Source of the DNA: Macrostomum lignano
Taxonomy: Eukaryota
DNA: 64,000 nt
Assembly (NCBI GenBank): GCA_002269645.1
Contig: NIVC01001081.1
Location: 248,001-312,000 of the forward strand
Direction: 5' to 3'
Shown here: positions 48,041 through 57,136 of the stretch, in pieces
How positions within the stretch are numbered: the first letter of the stretch is position 1
How the letters are laid out: the number at the start of each line of letters is the position of its first letter
Position numbers and translations under genes: made by a program
Notes under the pieces: model-generated
Seen by the model: only the letters and a program-made list of their open reading frames with translations
Told to the model about the DNA's origin: nothing
Database searches by the model: none

Positions 48041-51000
48041 GCCCCTGCAATTCGTCAGCCTCCGAACAAGCCGTCATCTCATCTCATCATCATCAAACGC
48101 CCGGTACCGCATCTCATCAGCCTCCAGTGTCCGGTACTGCGCCTCATCAGAATCCAGTGTCCGGTACTGCGTCTCATCAGCCTCCAGTGTCCGGTACAGT
48201 ACCTCATCAGCATCCAGTGTCCGGTACTGCGGCTCATCAGCATCCAGTGTCCGGTACTGCGCCTCATCAGCATCCAGTGTCCGGTACAGCGTCTCATCAG
48301 CCTCCAGTGTCCGGTACTGCGTCTCATCAGCATCCAGTGTTCGGTACAGTACCTCATCAGCATCCAGTGTCCGGTACTGCGTCTCATCAGCCTCCAGTGT
48401 CCGGTACAGTACCTCATCAGCATCCAGTGTCCGGTACTGCGGCTCATCAGCATCCAGTGTCCGGTACTGCGCCTCATCAGCATCCAGTGTCCGGTACAGC
48501 GTCTCATCAGCCTCCAGTGTCCGGTACTGCGTCTCATCAGCATCCAGTGTTCGGTACAGTACCTCATCAGCATCCAGTGTCCGGTACTGCGTCTCATCAG
48601 CCTCCAGTGTCCGGTACAGTATCTCATCAGCATCCAGTGTCCGGTACTGCGTCTCATCAGCATCCAGTGTCCGGTACTGCGCCTCATCAGCATCCAGTGT
48701 CCGGTACTGCGTCTCATCAGCCTCTAGTGTCCGGTACTGCGTCTCATCAGCCTCCAGTGTCCGGTACTGCGTCTCATCAGCATCCAGTGTCCGGTACAGT
48801 GCCTCATCAGCCTCCAGCGTCCGGTACTGCACCTCACCATCAACTAGCCGGTTTTGCACAGTCGCAGCGCCCAATCACCGTCAACGCACCTCAGTCAATT
48901 CAAATCAATCCTGCGTCGATATATGTTACGGCCTCAATCGCAGGGCGGAGGGTGAACGCGCTAGTGGACTCGGGAGCTTCCTGCACCATTATCTCACGGG
49001 AAGCTTACCAAAGTATGCCGAAACAGAGCGTCAGAGATTTGGCCGGTGCTGAAGGCTACGTTAGCTTAGCAAACGGCAGCCCGATCGAAATCGAGAGAAC
49101 AGTCCTGTTGCGACTGTCAATCGCTGATAAAGTAATAGATACTCCAGCCTTGGTAGTCAGCGGAGTGAAGTACCAACTGGTATTGGGATCCGACTTCTGC
49201 AGGGACAACAGTTGCGTCATCGACTACAAGACAGCTGTCTTTTCAGTGCAGGACACTGCAATCCCGTTCCGATGGCAAGCTGAGCGCCCGATCGTTTGCA
49301 GAATTTTGGCGACAAGGTCCAGCACAATACCGCCAGGTCATCAAGCAGTTCTGTCAGCAAGGCTGGAGAGCAAAGGACGACGGAACAGAGGGTGTGTCGG
49401 CCTAACTGAGAATCTCGGGGCGAACGATTTGGCAGCTGGCCGCTGGCTTGCTAAGGCCTTAGTGATCCCAAATAGCGGCAGCCGTCTGCCGACTCGACTC
49501 ATCAATATCACGGAGGAGCCAGTCAGAATTCGCCAAGGTTGTACGCTCGGGTGGTTCTGCCCCCTAGAATCCACCGAACCGTTGAACACCATCAAGCTCT
49601 TAGCCGTAGAGTCAGGAGACGATCCACAGGAAGAGCCGAAGGTCCAAGGCAGCAACAGCCCTTCGGAAGCAGACTTGCTACCAAACTCGTACGGCGACTG
49701 TGGACTGTCGACGAAAGAAGACGAAGAATTTAGAATCCTTGTCCGGAGTTACAGCGATGTGTTCACGACCAAGCAGACTTCAAGCAAGTTAACTACCGTG
49801 GTGGAGCATGAAATTAACACCGAGAATGCGCGCCCAATCAAGATCCCACCGCGTCGTCTGCCTCCCCACTTACAGCCAGAAGTAGATCGTCAAGTCAACG
49901 AGTTGCTGGAAAAGGGGCAGATCGAAGAAGCACAGTCACCATGGTGCTTTCCTTTGGTGTGTGTAAAGAAGAAATCAGGGGAAATGAGGATGTGCGTCGA
50001 TTATCGGAAGTTGAATGAGGTCACCGTCAAGGATGCAGTGCCGATGCCGAGGGTCGATGATGCGCTGGAGGCAGTACACGGCGCCAAGATCTTCTCGACA
50101 ATGGACCTTCACAGCGGGTTTTGGCAAGTAGGGGTGAGACCTCAGGATCAGGACAAGACGGCGTTTGCAGTGCCGCATCGCGGACAATTTCGATGGAAGG
50201 TTATGCCGTTCGGCTTAGTGAACAGCCCAGCAACATTCACCAGGTTGATGGCAGCCGTTCTGGACAAGCAGATGTGGAAAACCTGTCTCGTCTACATCGA
50301 CGATCTACTGGTTTGGTCAACCGACGTGGATGAACACCTGAGAAGACTGGAGGAAATATTCAGCAAGTTGCGGCAAGCAAATTTGTGCCTGAAGCCCCAG
50401 AAGTGTCACTTTTTGCAAAAGCAAGTGAAATTTCTCGGTCACACGCTGTCGGCTGCTGGCATCAGTACCGATGAGGAGAAAGTTCAAGAAGTGAAGAACT
50501 GGCCAACACCGCGATCCTCGACGGAGCTGCATTCATTCTTGGGCCTGTGTGGCTATTACAGAAAGTTTATTAAAGATTTCGCCGCAATAGCAGCGCCTCT
50601 AACTCGATTGACAACAAAAGACGCAAAGTTTGAATGGAAAACGGAACAGCAGCTGGCGTTCGAAACATTGAAGGAACGAATGACAAGTTCAGAGGTTATG
50701 GCTCATCCGGATTTCTCCCCGGATGCCGGAGAGTTTATCCTCGATACTGATGGCAGTTCGAAGATGGGCATAGGAGCGGTACTTTCTCAAGTCCAGCCAG
50801 ATGGAGCAGAACGAGTGATCGCCTATGGGTCCAAGACACTAAATCAAGCCGAACGCAACTATTGTACGACTCGTTTAGAACTACTAGCGGTTGTGACTTT
50901 CATCATGAAGTTCAGATACTATCTGCTTGGAAAAGCGTTCTGTCTGCGAACGGACCACAGCAGCCTGCAATGGTTAAAAAACTTCAGTGACGCCGAGGGA

Positions 51001-52737
51001 CAGGTTGCTCGCTGGTTGGAGAAGTTGGCTCCATTTCAGTACCGCATCGTTCACAGACCAGGTCGATCGCATGGCAACGCGGACGCAATGTCGAGGAAGC
51101 CAGTACGGAGACATTTCGGAGCGGAGACATGCCCGGCATGTGCGCAGCATCCAGAAGGACTAAATGCAGTCGAATTTGAACGATTCTCAGCCGGCAATCT
51201 GGCAAGCGAGCAGGATCAAGACGACGATTTGAGAACAGTAAAGGAAGCGCTTGGCTCAAACCCAGTTCCAGATAAAAGCGAGACAGCTTGGAGTCCACTG
51301 GCTAGAGCCGTCTGGACTCGAAAAGACGACCTGGTGCTGCAAGAGAACGTGCTCCTTGTGAGAAACAAAGACAGGCGCGATGAGTATCAAATGGTGCTGC
51401 CACGAAAGGCATTGGATCGTATCTTGAAAACCCTACACGAGGGAGTGGGAGGTGGCCACATGGGCTTTGCGAAGACAAAATTTAAAGTGCTTCAGCGCTA
51501 CTGGCGTCCAGGATTGTCTCGTGCCATTGAAGAATATATTCGCGGTTGTGCCACCTGCTGCAAGTCAAAGCCGGGCAAGCGAAACCGAGCACCCCTGCAA
51601 CCGTTGACATTCGCAGCACCATTCGATTGCGTCATGATGGACATTGTCGGGCCGCTACCGCGGAGTAAGGCTGGAAACATTTATCTCCTGACAGTCCAAG
51701 ATTCGTTTACGAAGTGGCCTGACGCGTACCCGCTTCGCAACCAGAAGGCAAGGACGGTGGCAAGGGCGCTTTTCAATCGATGGATTAGCCAGCATGGATG
51801 TCCGAGTACTTTGCACAGTGACCAAGGAAGGAACTTCGAATCGCAAGTGATGCGCGAAATGTGCAGGATACTCGAGATCCGCAAGTCCAGAACCACAGCT
51901 TATCATCCGAGCGGAAATGGACAAGTAGAAAACTTCAATAAAAGTTTAAAATCCATCCTCAAGTGCTGCCTAGAGGACTCAGGACGAAACGACTGGGAAG
52001 AATTCGTCAGCTCTGCGTTAATGGCGTACCGATCAAGCGTGCATCGAGCAACGGGTTATACTCCCCACTACATGGTCTATGGCACGGAGATGCGCCTACC
52101 GATAGACTTGACTGACCAGCCGCCACAGCCTGTCGATTCGCATGTAAATTTCGTCAAGGAGCTAGAAGACAAATTGCAGACAGCTCATCGCGCTGCTCGA
52201 CAGCAGTTGAATACTTATCAGCGGCGACAGAAGGACCAGTACGATAAAAGAACCCGAGGATCCGATATTCAGGAGGGTGACCATGTCTTCGTCTACAGCC
52301 CCGCCCTGAAACCAGACGAAGCCGCAAAGTTTCACGTAAGCTGGCTCGGCCCAGTGAAGGTGCTCGAAAGAAGATCCGAGGTGCTCTTCAAAGTGGAAAA
52401 CCCGTCAAATCGTAAAAAGTCGAAGTTCGTCCACTTCAACAACCTCCGGAAGTTCGCTCGACCGGCCGCCCTGGAAACACCAGTTAGGACCGCGGCACCG
52501 CCGGAGGTGGTCGACGAGACGGACTCGGAGACAGAGGCGGAATGCGAGACTTGGACTCGGCCTCAACTGATGCCGCCACAGGACGCCGAGGAAGTCGCCG
52601 AGGTGCTGGAAGAGCAGATGGAGTTGGTTGACGACCCGCAGCCTACTCATAACCCGGTGGAAGCTGCACCTGAGCCTCGAAGGTCCGGAAGGTTGCGACG
52701 GCCGCCGGATCGCTACGGCCAGCCAGTGACATTCTAA
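47950..52737 (+). CDS. pol: Pol (repeat linker, protease, RT, RNase H, integrase), expressed as Gag-Pol
   Basis: LVDSGAS (PR, Asp at 48967), YIDD (RT, 50293), LDTDGS..YCTTRLELLAVV (RH), HEGVGGGHMG..CATC, MDIVGP, HSDQGRNFES and QVENFN (IN), C-terminal RRSGRLRRPPDRY. Confidence 0.96.
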   Translation: MLQLRGDRPSLIPVPKAGKRQEGPTSWRQVSPCNSSASEQAVISSHHHQTPGTASHQPPVSGTAPHQNPVSGTASHQPPVSGTVPHQHPVSGTAAHQHPVSGTAPHQHPVSGTASHQPPVSGTASHQHPVFGTVPHQHPVSGTASHQPPVSGTVPHQHPVSGTAAHQHPVSGTAPHQHPVSGTASHQPPVSGTASHQHPVFGTVPHQHPVSGTASHQPPVSGTVSHQHPVSGTASHQHPVSGTAPHQHPVSGTASHQPLVSGTASHQPPVSGTASHQHPVSGTVPHQPPASGTAPHHQLAGFAQSQRPITVNAPQSIQINPASIYVTASIAGRRVNALVDSGASCTIISREAYQSMPKQSVRDLAGAEGYVSLANGSPIEIERTVLLRLSIADKVIDTPALVVSGVKYQLVLGSDFCRDNSCVIDYKTAVFSVQDTAIPFRWQAERPIVCRILATRSSTIPPGHQAVLSARLESKGRRNRGCVGLTENLGANDLAAGRWLAKALVIPNSGSRLPTRLINITEEPVRIRQGCTLGWFCPLESTEPLNTIKLLAVESGDDPQEEPKVQGSNSPSEADLLPNSYGDCGLSTKEDEEFRILVRSYSDVFTTKQTSSKLTTVVEHEINTENARPIKIPPRRLPPHLQPEVDRQVNELLEKGQIEEAQSPWCFPLVCVKKKSGEMRMCVDYRKLNEVTVKDAVPMPRVDDALEAVHGAKIFSTMDLHSGFWQVGVRPQDQDKTAFAVPHRGQFRWKVMPFGLVNSPATFTRLMAAVLDKQMWKTCLVYIDDLLVWSTDVDEHLRRLEEIFSKLRQANLCLKPQKCHFLQKQVKFLGHTLSAAGISTDEEKVQEVKNWPTPRSSTELHSFLGLCGYYRKFIKDFAAIAAPLTRLTTKDAKFEWKTEQQLAFETLKERMTSSEVMAHPDFSPDAGEFILDTDGSSKMGIGAVLSQVQPDGAERVIAYGSKTLNQAERNYCTTRLELLAVVTFIMKFRYYLLGKAFCLRTDHSSLQWLKNFSDAEGQVARWLEKLAPFQYRIVHRPGRSHGNADAMSRKPVRRHFGAETCPACAQHPEGLNAVEFERFSAGNLASEQDQDDDLRTVKEALGSNPVPDKSETAWSPLARAVWTRKDDLVLQENVLLVRNKDRRDEYQMVLPRKALDRILKTLHEGVGGGHMGFAKTKFKVLQRYWRPGLSRAIEEYIRGCATCCKSKPGKRNRAPLQPLTFAAPFDCVMMDIVGPLPRSKAGNIYLLTVQDSFTKWPDAYPLRNQKARTVARALFNRWISQHGCPSTLHSDQGRNFESQVMREMCRILEIRKSRTTAYHPSGNGQVENFNKSLKSILKCCLEDSGRNDWEEFVSSALMAYRSSVHRATGYTPHYMVYGTEMRLPIDLTDQPPQPVDSHVNFVKELEDKLQTAHRAARQQLNTYQRRQKDQYDKRTRGSDIQEGDHVFVYSPALKPDEAAKFHVSWLGPVKVLERRSEVLFKVENPSNRKKSKFVHFNNLRKFARPAALETPVRTAAPPEVVDETDSETEAECETWTRPQLMPPQDAEEVAEVLEEQMELVDDPQPTHNPVEAAPEPRRSGRLRRPPDRYGQPVTF
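48001..48046 (+). promoter_or_regulatory. Programmed -1 ribosomal frameshift signal
   Basis: G GGA AAA heptamer in gag phase, 6-nt spacer, stem AGGGGC-C-CAC / GTG-A-GCCCCT; pol is in the -1 frame. Confidence 0.7.
48101..48840 (+). repeat. 30-bp in-frame minisatellite (25 x 10 aa, xPVSGTxxHQ) in the pol frame
   Basis: Counted directly in the translated ORF; includes a 7-unit higher-order duplication. Confidence 0.95.
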
Positions 52738-53160
52738 TGGGTTACTCGTCATCGTGAAGTCTCATCAGTTTCATATGCGATTATCGTTAAAAGCCAGAAA
52801 AATATTTCGCGAATGCGTCATTCATCATAAATACGAGTACTTCATCAATGCACCATTCATCATGAGTACGAGCAGTTCGCCAATGCGTCATTCAAGAAAT
52901 TCGTTAATGCGTCATTAAGTCATTTTAATCGCATCTTCATCGAAGTTTTGACGAGAATCAAATTTTGCCTACAAAATCTATGCATCGGTGGAGGGTATTC
53001 GGACTGGCATCCGGTGACAACTCGAATTTGCGCTGGGACTTTACGATGCAGGGTACCGCGGGCCACGGTCCGAGGAGATGACGCTCTGGCAAGAGGGGAG
53101 CAGGAGTAGAATCTGGAGTCAGGGACAGTGTGTCGCAGGTTTGAGTACGTTGCTTTGCAG

Positions 53161-54195
53161 ATGGATTTGTACGCTGTCCTCCAAGTCGGACACACAGCAG
53201 AACGTGCCGAGATCAGGCGAGTCTATCGACAGCTAGCGCTCTTCTGGCACCCGGACAAGCACCCGGACAAGGAACTCGCAGGACGCCGTTTCCAAGAAAT
53301 TGAGACTGCTGGTAGAATTCTATCGTGTCCATATCGCCGAGCGATGTACGACCAGTTGGGCGATAAATCAATCCCGTATGACGAGGCTGTAACCTTCGCA
53401 ATGACGTTCATACCTCCTACTAGTGTAAGAATGCCGGCGGACATCGAAGAGGGAGTACAGCAAAGGCGAGAAGTTGAAGAAGCTCAGCGCAAGGAAGCTG
53501 GTCTCAGGCAGGGGAGACAGGGACAGAGGAACGATTACGAAGCGGATGGCTACATTCTAATCTCGGACGACGATGAGAGCGAGGAGTCGGATGAGTGTAG
53601 CATCGACACAGAAGAAGAAGACGAGTTGCTGGCATCGGATGGCTCCTCCGGAAGTAGTGAGTCAGAAGCTATGGAGATCGATGTACCGGAAAGCAAGGAG
53701 GTTGTCTCACATCGCGCGTCGGGAGCAATATGGGATGATGAAAAGCTGTCGTTATCGGCAGCTGCGCGTCAGCTCCGCCATCGTTTGATGAAGCATATTT
53801 TGGCTGGACAGTCGGACGGAATCGTGTCAGTGCTCACGGCTATGAGACGGCTGTTTCGAGACTCGCAGCGAGAACCGAGGAGCGCACTGTCAATGGTCCT
53901 GCTGCAGGCGTTGTTCTTCATCCGCAGAGATATCGCTCCGGTAAAGCGTCAGAGAGCAGGCCGCCGTTACTGGTCTAGGCAGAGTTTTGATTGTTTCGTC
54001 CGACAGCTCTGTCACGAGCTCATCCCGCTGTTCGGTTTGCGCCGGCCCGGCAGGCTGCTCGAGGTCCTGAAAAGCTGCGTCGGTCTCCCTGGACTTCGGG
54101 TTCGCTGGGTGCCCAGTTCCGATTCATACTGTATTTTCTGCTTACTTGTATGTATGTTGTTACGCTCGTACTGTATGGGTTTATTTGCATGCTAG
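53161..54195 (+). CDS. Retrotransposon ORF3: N-terminal J domain (DnaJ/Hsp40-type) protein, 344 aa
   Basis: DLYAVLQV..AEIRRVYRQLALFWHPDKHPD..RRFQEIETAGRILSCPYRRAMYDQLG aligns to the J-domain consensus with an intact HPD (53248-53256). An acidic tract and a basic/helical C-terminal half follow. It lies between pol and the PPT. The ORF track starts at GTG 53128; the first ATG is 53161. Confidence 0.88.
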   Translation: MDLYAVLQVGHTAERAEIRRVYRQLALFWHPDKHPDKELAGRRFQEIETAGRILSCPYRRAMYDQLGDKSIPYDEAVTFAMTFIPPTSVRMPADIEEGVQQRREVEEAQRKEAGLRQGRQGQRNDYEADGYILISDDDESEESDECSIDTEEEDELLASDGSSGSSESEAMEIDVPESKEVVSHRASGAIWDDEKLSLSAAARQLRHRLMKHILAGQSDGIVSVLTAMRRLFRDSQREPRSALSMVLLQALFFIRRDIAPVKRQRAGRRYWSRQSFDCFVRQLCHELIPLFGLRRPGRLLEVLKSCVGLPGLRVRWVPSSDSYCIFCLLVCMLLRSYCMGLFAC

Positions 54196-54232
54196 TGGGG
54201 TCAAGCTTCCTGGGGGAATGGCTCAGCAGCTG

Positions 54233-54660
54233 TGCGGCGGCCACGTGCGCTTCCTGCCGGCTTCTGCGGCGGCCACGCGCGCTTCCTGCCGGCTTCTGCG
54301 GCGGCCACGTGCGCTTCCTGCCGGCTTCTGCGGCGGCCACGTGCGCTTCCTGCCGGCTTCTGCGGCGGCCACGTGCGCTTCCCGCCCGGCCATCTGCGCG
54401 CCTCGCCCGGCCGCCTTCGCGTCTTGCCGGCCACCTGCGTGCCCTGTCGGCCATCTGCGCGTCCTGTCGGCAACCTGCGTGCCCTGTCGGCCATCTGCGC
54501 GTCCTGTCGGCAACCTGCGCTTCCTGCCCGGCCATCTGCGCGTCCTGTCGGCAACCTGCGCTTCCCGCCCGGCCATCTGCGCTTCCTGCCGGCCACCTGC
54601 GTGTCCTGTCGGCAACTTGCGCGTCCCGCCCGGCCATCTGCTCGTCCTGCCGGCCGCCTG
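54233..54660 (+). repeat. GC-rich internal tandem repeats (five 32-bp units, then ~40-bp units) in the element's 3' non-coding region
   Basis: gcggcggccacgtgcgcttcctgccggcttct at 32-bp spacing, followed by cggccatctgcgcgtcctgtcggcaacctgcg.. units. Confidence 0.85.
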
Positions 54661-54905
54661 CGATGGTTTTCTGTGCCGCCAGCTTTGAAAGCCTATTCCG
54701 TGCCCCGTGGTTGCTCCTGACGAACTCGCGTGCAGAATACTAGTACCTTTTTCATATTTCTCTTGCGGCAACCTTTTTTTTTGCTTTTCCCTGTTGCATT
54801 AGTTTGTTCCCAATTTTTTTGTTGTTTTTGATTTTTTTTGCTTTGTTATTTAAAAAAATTGGAATCCCAGTCGCCGTGGTTCGAGCTCCGCCCTGTTTTT
54901 TTTGT

Positions 54906-54917
54906 AGGAGGGGAGGG
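54906..54917 (+). promoter_or_regulatory. Polypurine tract
   Basis: AGGAGGGGAGGG directly abuts the 3' LTR and is preceded by a T-rich tract. Confidence 0.9.
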
Positions 54918-55790
54918 TGTAGTGCATGCGCCCTTGTCAGTTGGCAGGGCGCGTTGCACTTTGGGGCTGGTTGGGGGGGGGGGGTGGGCGGGCGTGGCAG
55001 GGTCTGGCCCCGGCCGGGCTTTGCGCGTGCCCCTCCCCAGCCGTGCCCCTGCCCCGTGCTCAGGGCTGGTTGGCTGCGGCCGGGCCAGCTTTGGCGCGGG
55101 TGCAGCCCCTCCCCCTTAGGCGGGGTTTTGATTGGCTGGGCCGGCGTGGTTTGTTTTGGTGAGCTTAGCCGGTGGGGCCGTCTGCCCCAGGGTTTGGGTG
55201 CTATTTATGGTGCGACTCTGGCTCTTGCCCGCCTCCTGCGTGCTTTTTGTGTTTTGGTGTGCTCCGAGAGTGCAAGCGCGAGACCTGATAAAAGAAACAG
55301 CAACATTAGCTACTTGGATAAAAGAAACACAATAGCCTAATTGAGAAGAGTCTTGGAGAATTAAGAAGAAGTCGGAAACTGCGCTTGAGACCTGCGAATA
55401 ATAAACGGTGAACAGTCATCTGGCCACTGGTAAGCCGCCTGCTGTTTGAGTCCTTTCTTTCCGGGAAGCTTGCTAGGCCGAATTCTTGCCAGAGCGTCAT
55501 AACGCCGGGAGACCATATAGCTTCTGTAGTACGGTACCGTTTACCATATATATTGCGTACGCCTTACGGTATAGAGAATAGAAGCACTCGAGAGTGTCAC
55601 CACACCTCAAGCCGCAGCGTGAACTCTGAGTGTCACAACACCAGAGGGATCGAATTATTATCGCAGAGCGTCGCCACGCCTGCTCGTCGTATTCATAAAA
55701 GTACAGACAGAGCGTCACAACGCCTGTTATTTCACATATAATATATATTGTACTCGGGACTGGGCACCCAAGCCGACCCGGGTTACAACA
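54918..55790 (+). repeat. 3' LTR
   Basis: Direct repeat of 46002-46874. Confidence 0.96.
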
Positions 55791-57136
55791 GATTGTTGCT
55801 GTTGGATTGTCACTGCTGTTGGATTGTCACTGTTGGATTGTTGCTGTTGGATTGTCACTGTTGGATTGTCACTGTTGGATTGTCACTGTTGGATTGTCAC
55901 TGATGGATTGTCACTGTTGGATTGTTGCTGTTGGATTGTCACTGTTGGATTGTCACTGTTAGATTGTCACTGTTGGATTGTCACTGTTGGATTGTCACTG
56001 TTGGATTGTCACTGTTGGATTGTCACTGTTGGATTGTCACTGTTGGATTGTCACTGTTGGATTGTCACTGCTGTTGGATTGTCACTGTTGGGTTGTCACT
56101 GTTGGATTGTTGCTGTTGGATTGTCACTGCTGTTGGATTGTCACTGTTGGATTGTTGCTGTTGGATTGTCCCTGTTGGATTGTCACTGTTGGATTGTCGC
56201 TGTTGGATTGTCACTGTTGGATTGTCACTGTTGGATTGTTGCTGTTGGATTGTCACTGTTGGATTGACACTGTTGTATTGTCACTGTTGGATTGTCACTG
56301 TTGGATTGTCACTGTTGGATTGTTGCTGTTGGATTGTCACTGTTGGATTGACACTGTTGTATTGTCACTGTTGGATTGTCACTGTTGGGTTGTCACTGTT
56401 GGATTGTTGCTGTTGGATTGTCACTGTTGGCTTGTCACTGATGGATTGTCACAGAAGGATTGTTGCTGTTGGATTGTCACTGTTGTATTGTCACTGTTGG
56501 ATTGTCACTGCTGTTGGATTGTCACTGTTGGATTGTTGCTGTTGGATTGTCACTGTTGTATTGTCACTGTTGGATTGTTGCTGTTGGATTGTCACTGCTG
56601 TTGGATTGTCACTGTTGGATTGTTGCTGTTGGATTGTCACTGTTGGATTGTCACTGTTGGATTGTTGCTGTTGGATTGTCACTGTTGGATTGTCACTGTT
56701 GGATTGTCACTGTTGGCTTGTCACTGTTGGCTTGTCACTGATGGATTGTCACTGATGGATTTTTGCTGTTGGATTGTTGCTGTTGGATTGTCACTGCTGT
56801 TGGATTGTCACTGTTAGATTGTCACTGTTGGATTGTCACTGATGGATTGTCACTGCTGGATTGTCACTGTTGGATTGTCACTGTTGGATTGTCACTGATG
56901 GATTGTCACTGCTGGATTGTCACTGTTGGATTGTCACTGTTGGATTGTCATTGTTGGCTTGTCACTGTTGGATTGTCACTTGATGGATTGTCACTGTTGG
57001 ATTGTCACTGATGGCTTGTCACTGTTAGATTGTCACTGTTGGCTTGTCACAGTTGGATTGTCACTGATGGCTTGTCACTGATGGCTTGTCACTGTTGGAT
57101 TGTCACTGATGGCTTGTCACTGATGGCTTGTCACTG
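55791..57136 (+). repeat. 14-bp satellite GGATTGTCACTGTT, right of the retrotransposon
   Basis: Same unit and orientation as 45714-46000. Confidence 0.94.

Larger units (their letters stand above)
46002..55790 (+). mobile_element. Full-length Ty3/Gypsy LTR retrotransposon (9789 bp) with a third ORF
   Basis: Two 873-bp TG..CA LTRs, PBS, PPT, gag, and pol in PR-RT-RH-IN order with intact ORFs. Confidence 0.97.

Noticed and set aside
48074-48874. Antisense 266-aa ORF with DADETQYRTL repeats
   Set aside because: Expected by-product of a stop-free 30-bp repeat; it ends soon after the array and has no independent support.
53128-54195. ORF3 as an envelope protein, or as a T-antigen-like protein with LxCxE
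   Set aside because: No signal peptide, furin site or fusion peptide. The closest motif, QLCHE, does not fit LxCxE, and there is no helicase or origin-binding domain.
53991-54771. Overlapping Arg/Ala/Pro-rich ORFs on both strands after ORF3
   Set aside because: Derived from GC-rich tandem repeats that lack stop codons.
54860-54905. GGTTCGAGCTCC followed by a T-run, resembling a Pol III or tRNA-like 3' end
   Set aside because: The loop length is non-canonical, no A box is present, and the T-run is explained as the U-rich tract preceding the PPT.
55824-57011. Cys-rich LLDCHCWIVTVG ORFs (also 45716-46000)
   Set aside because: Translations of the 14-bp satellite, not metallothionein-like genes.
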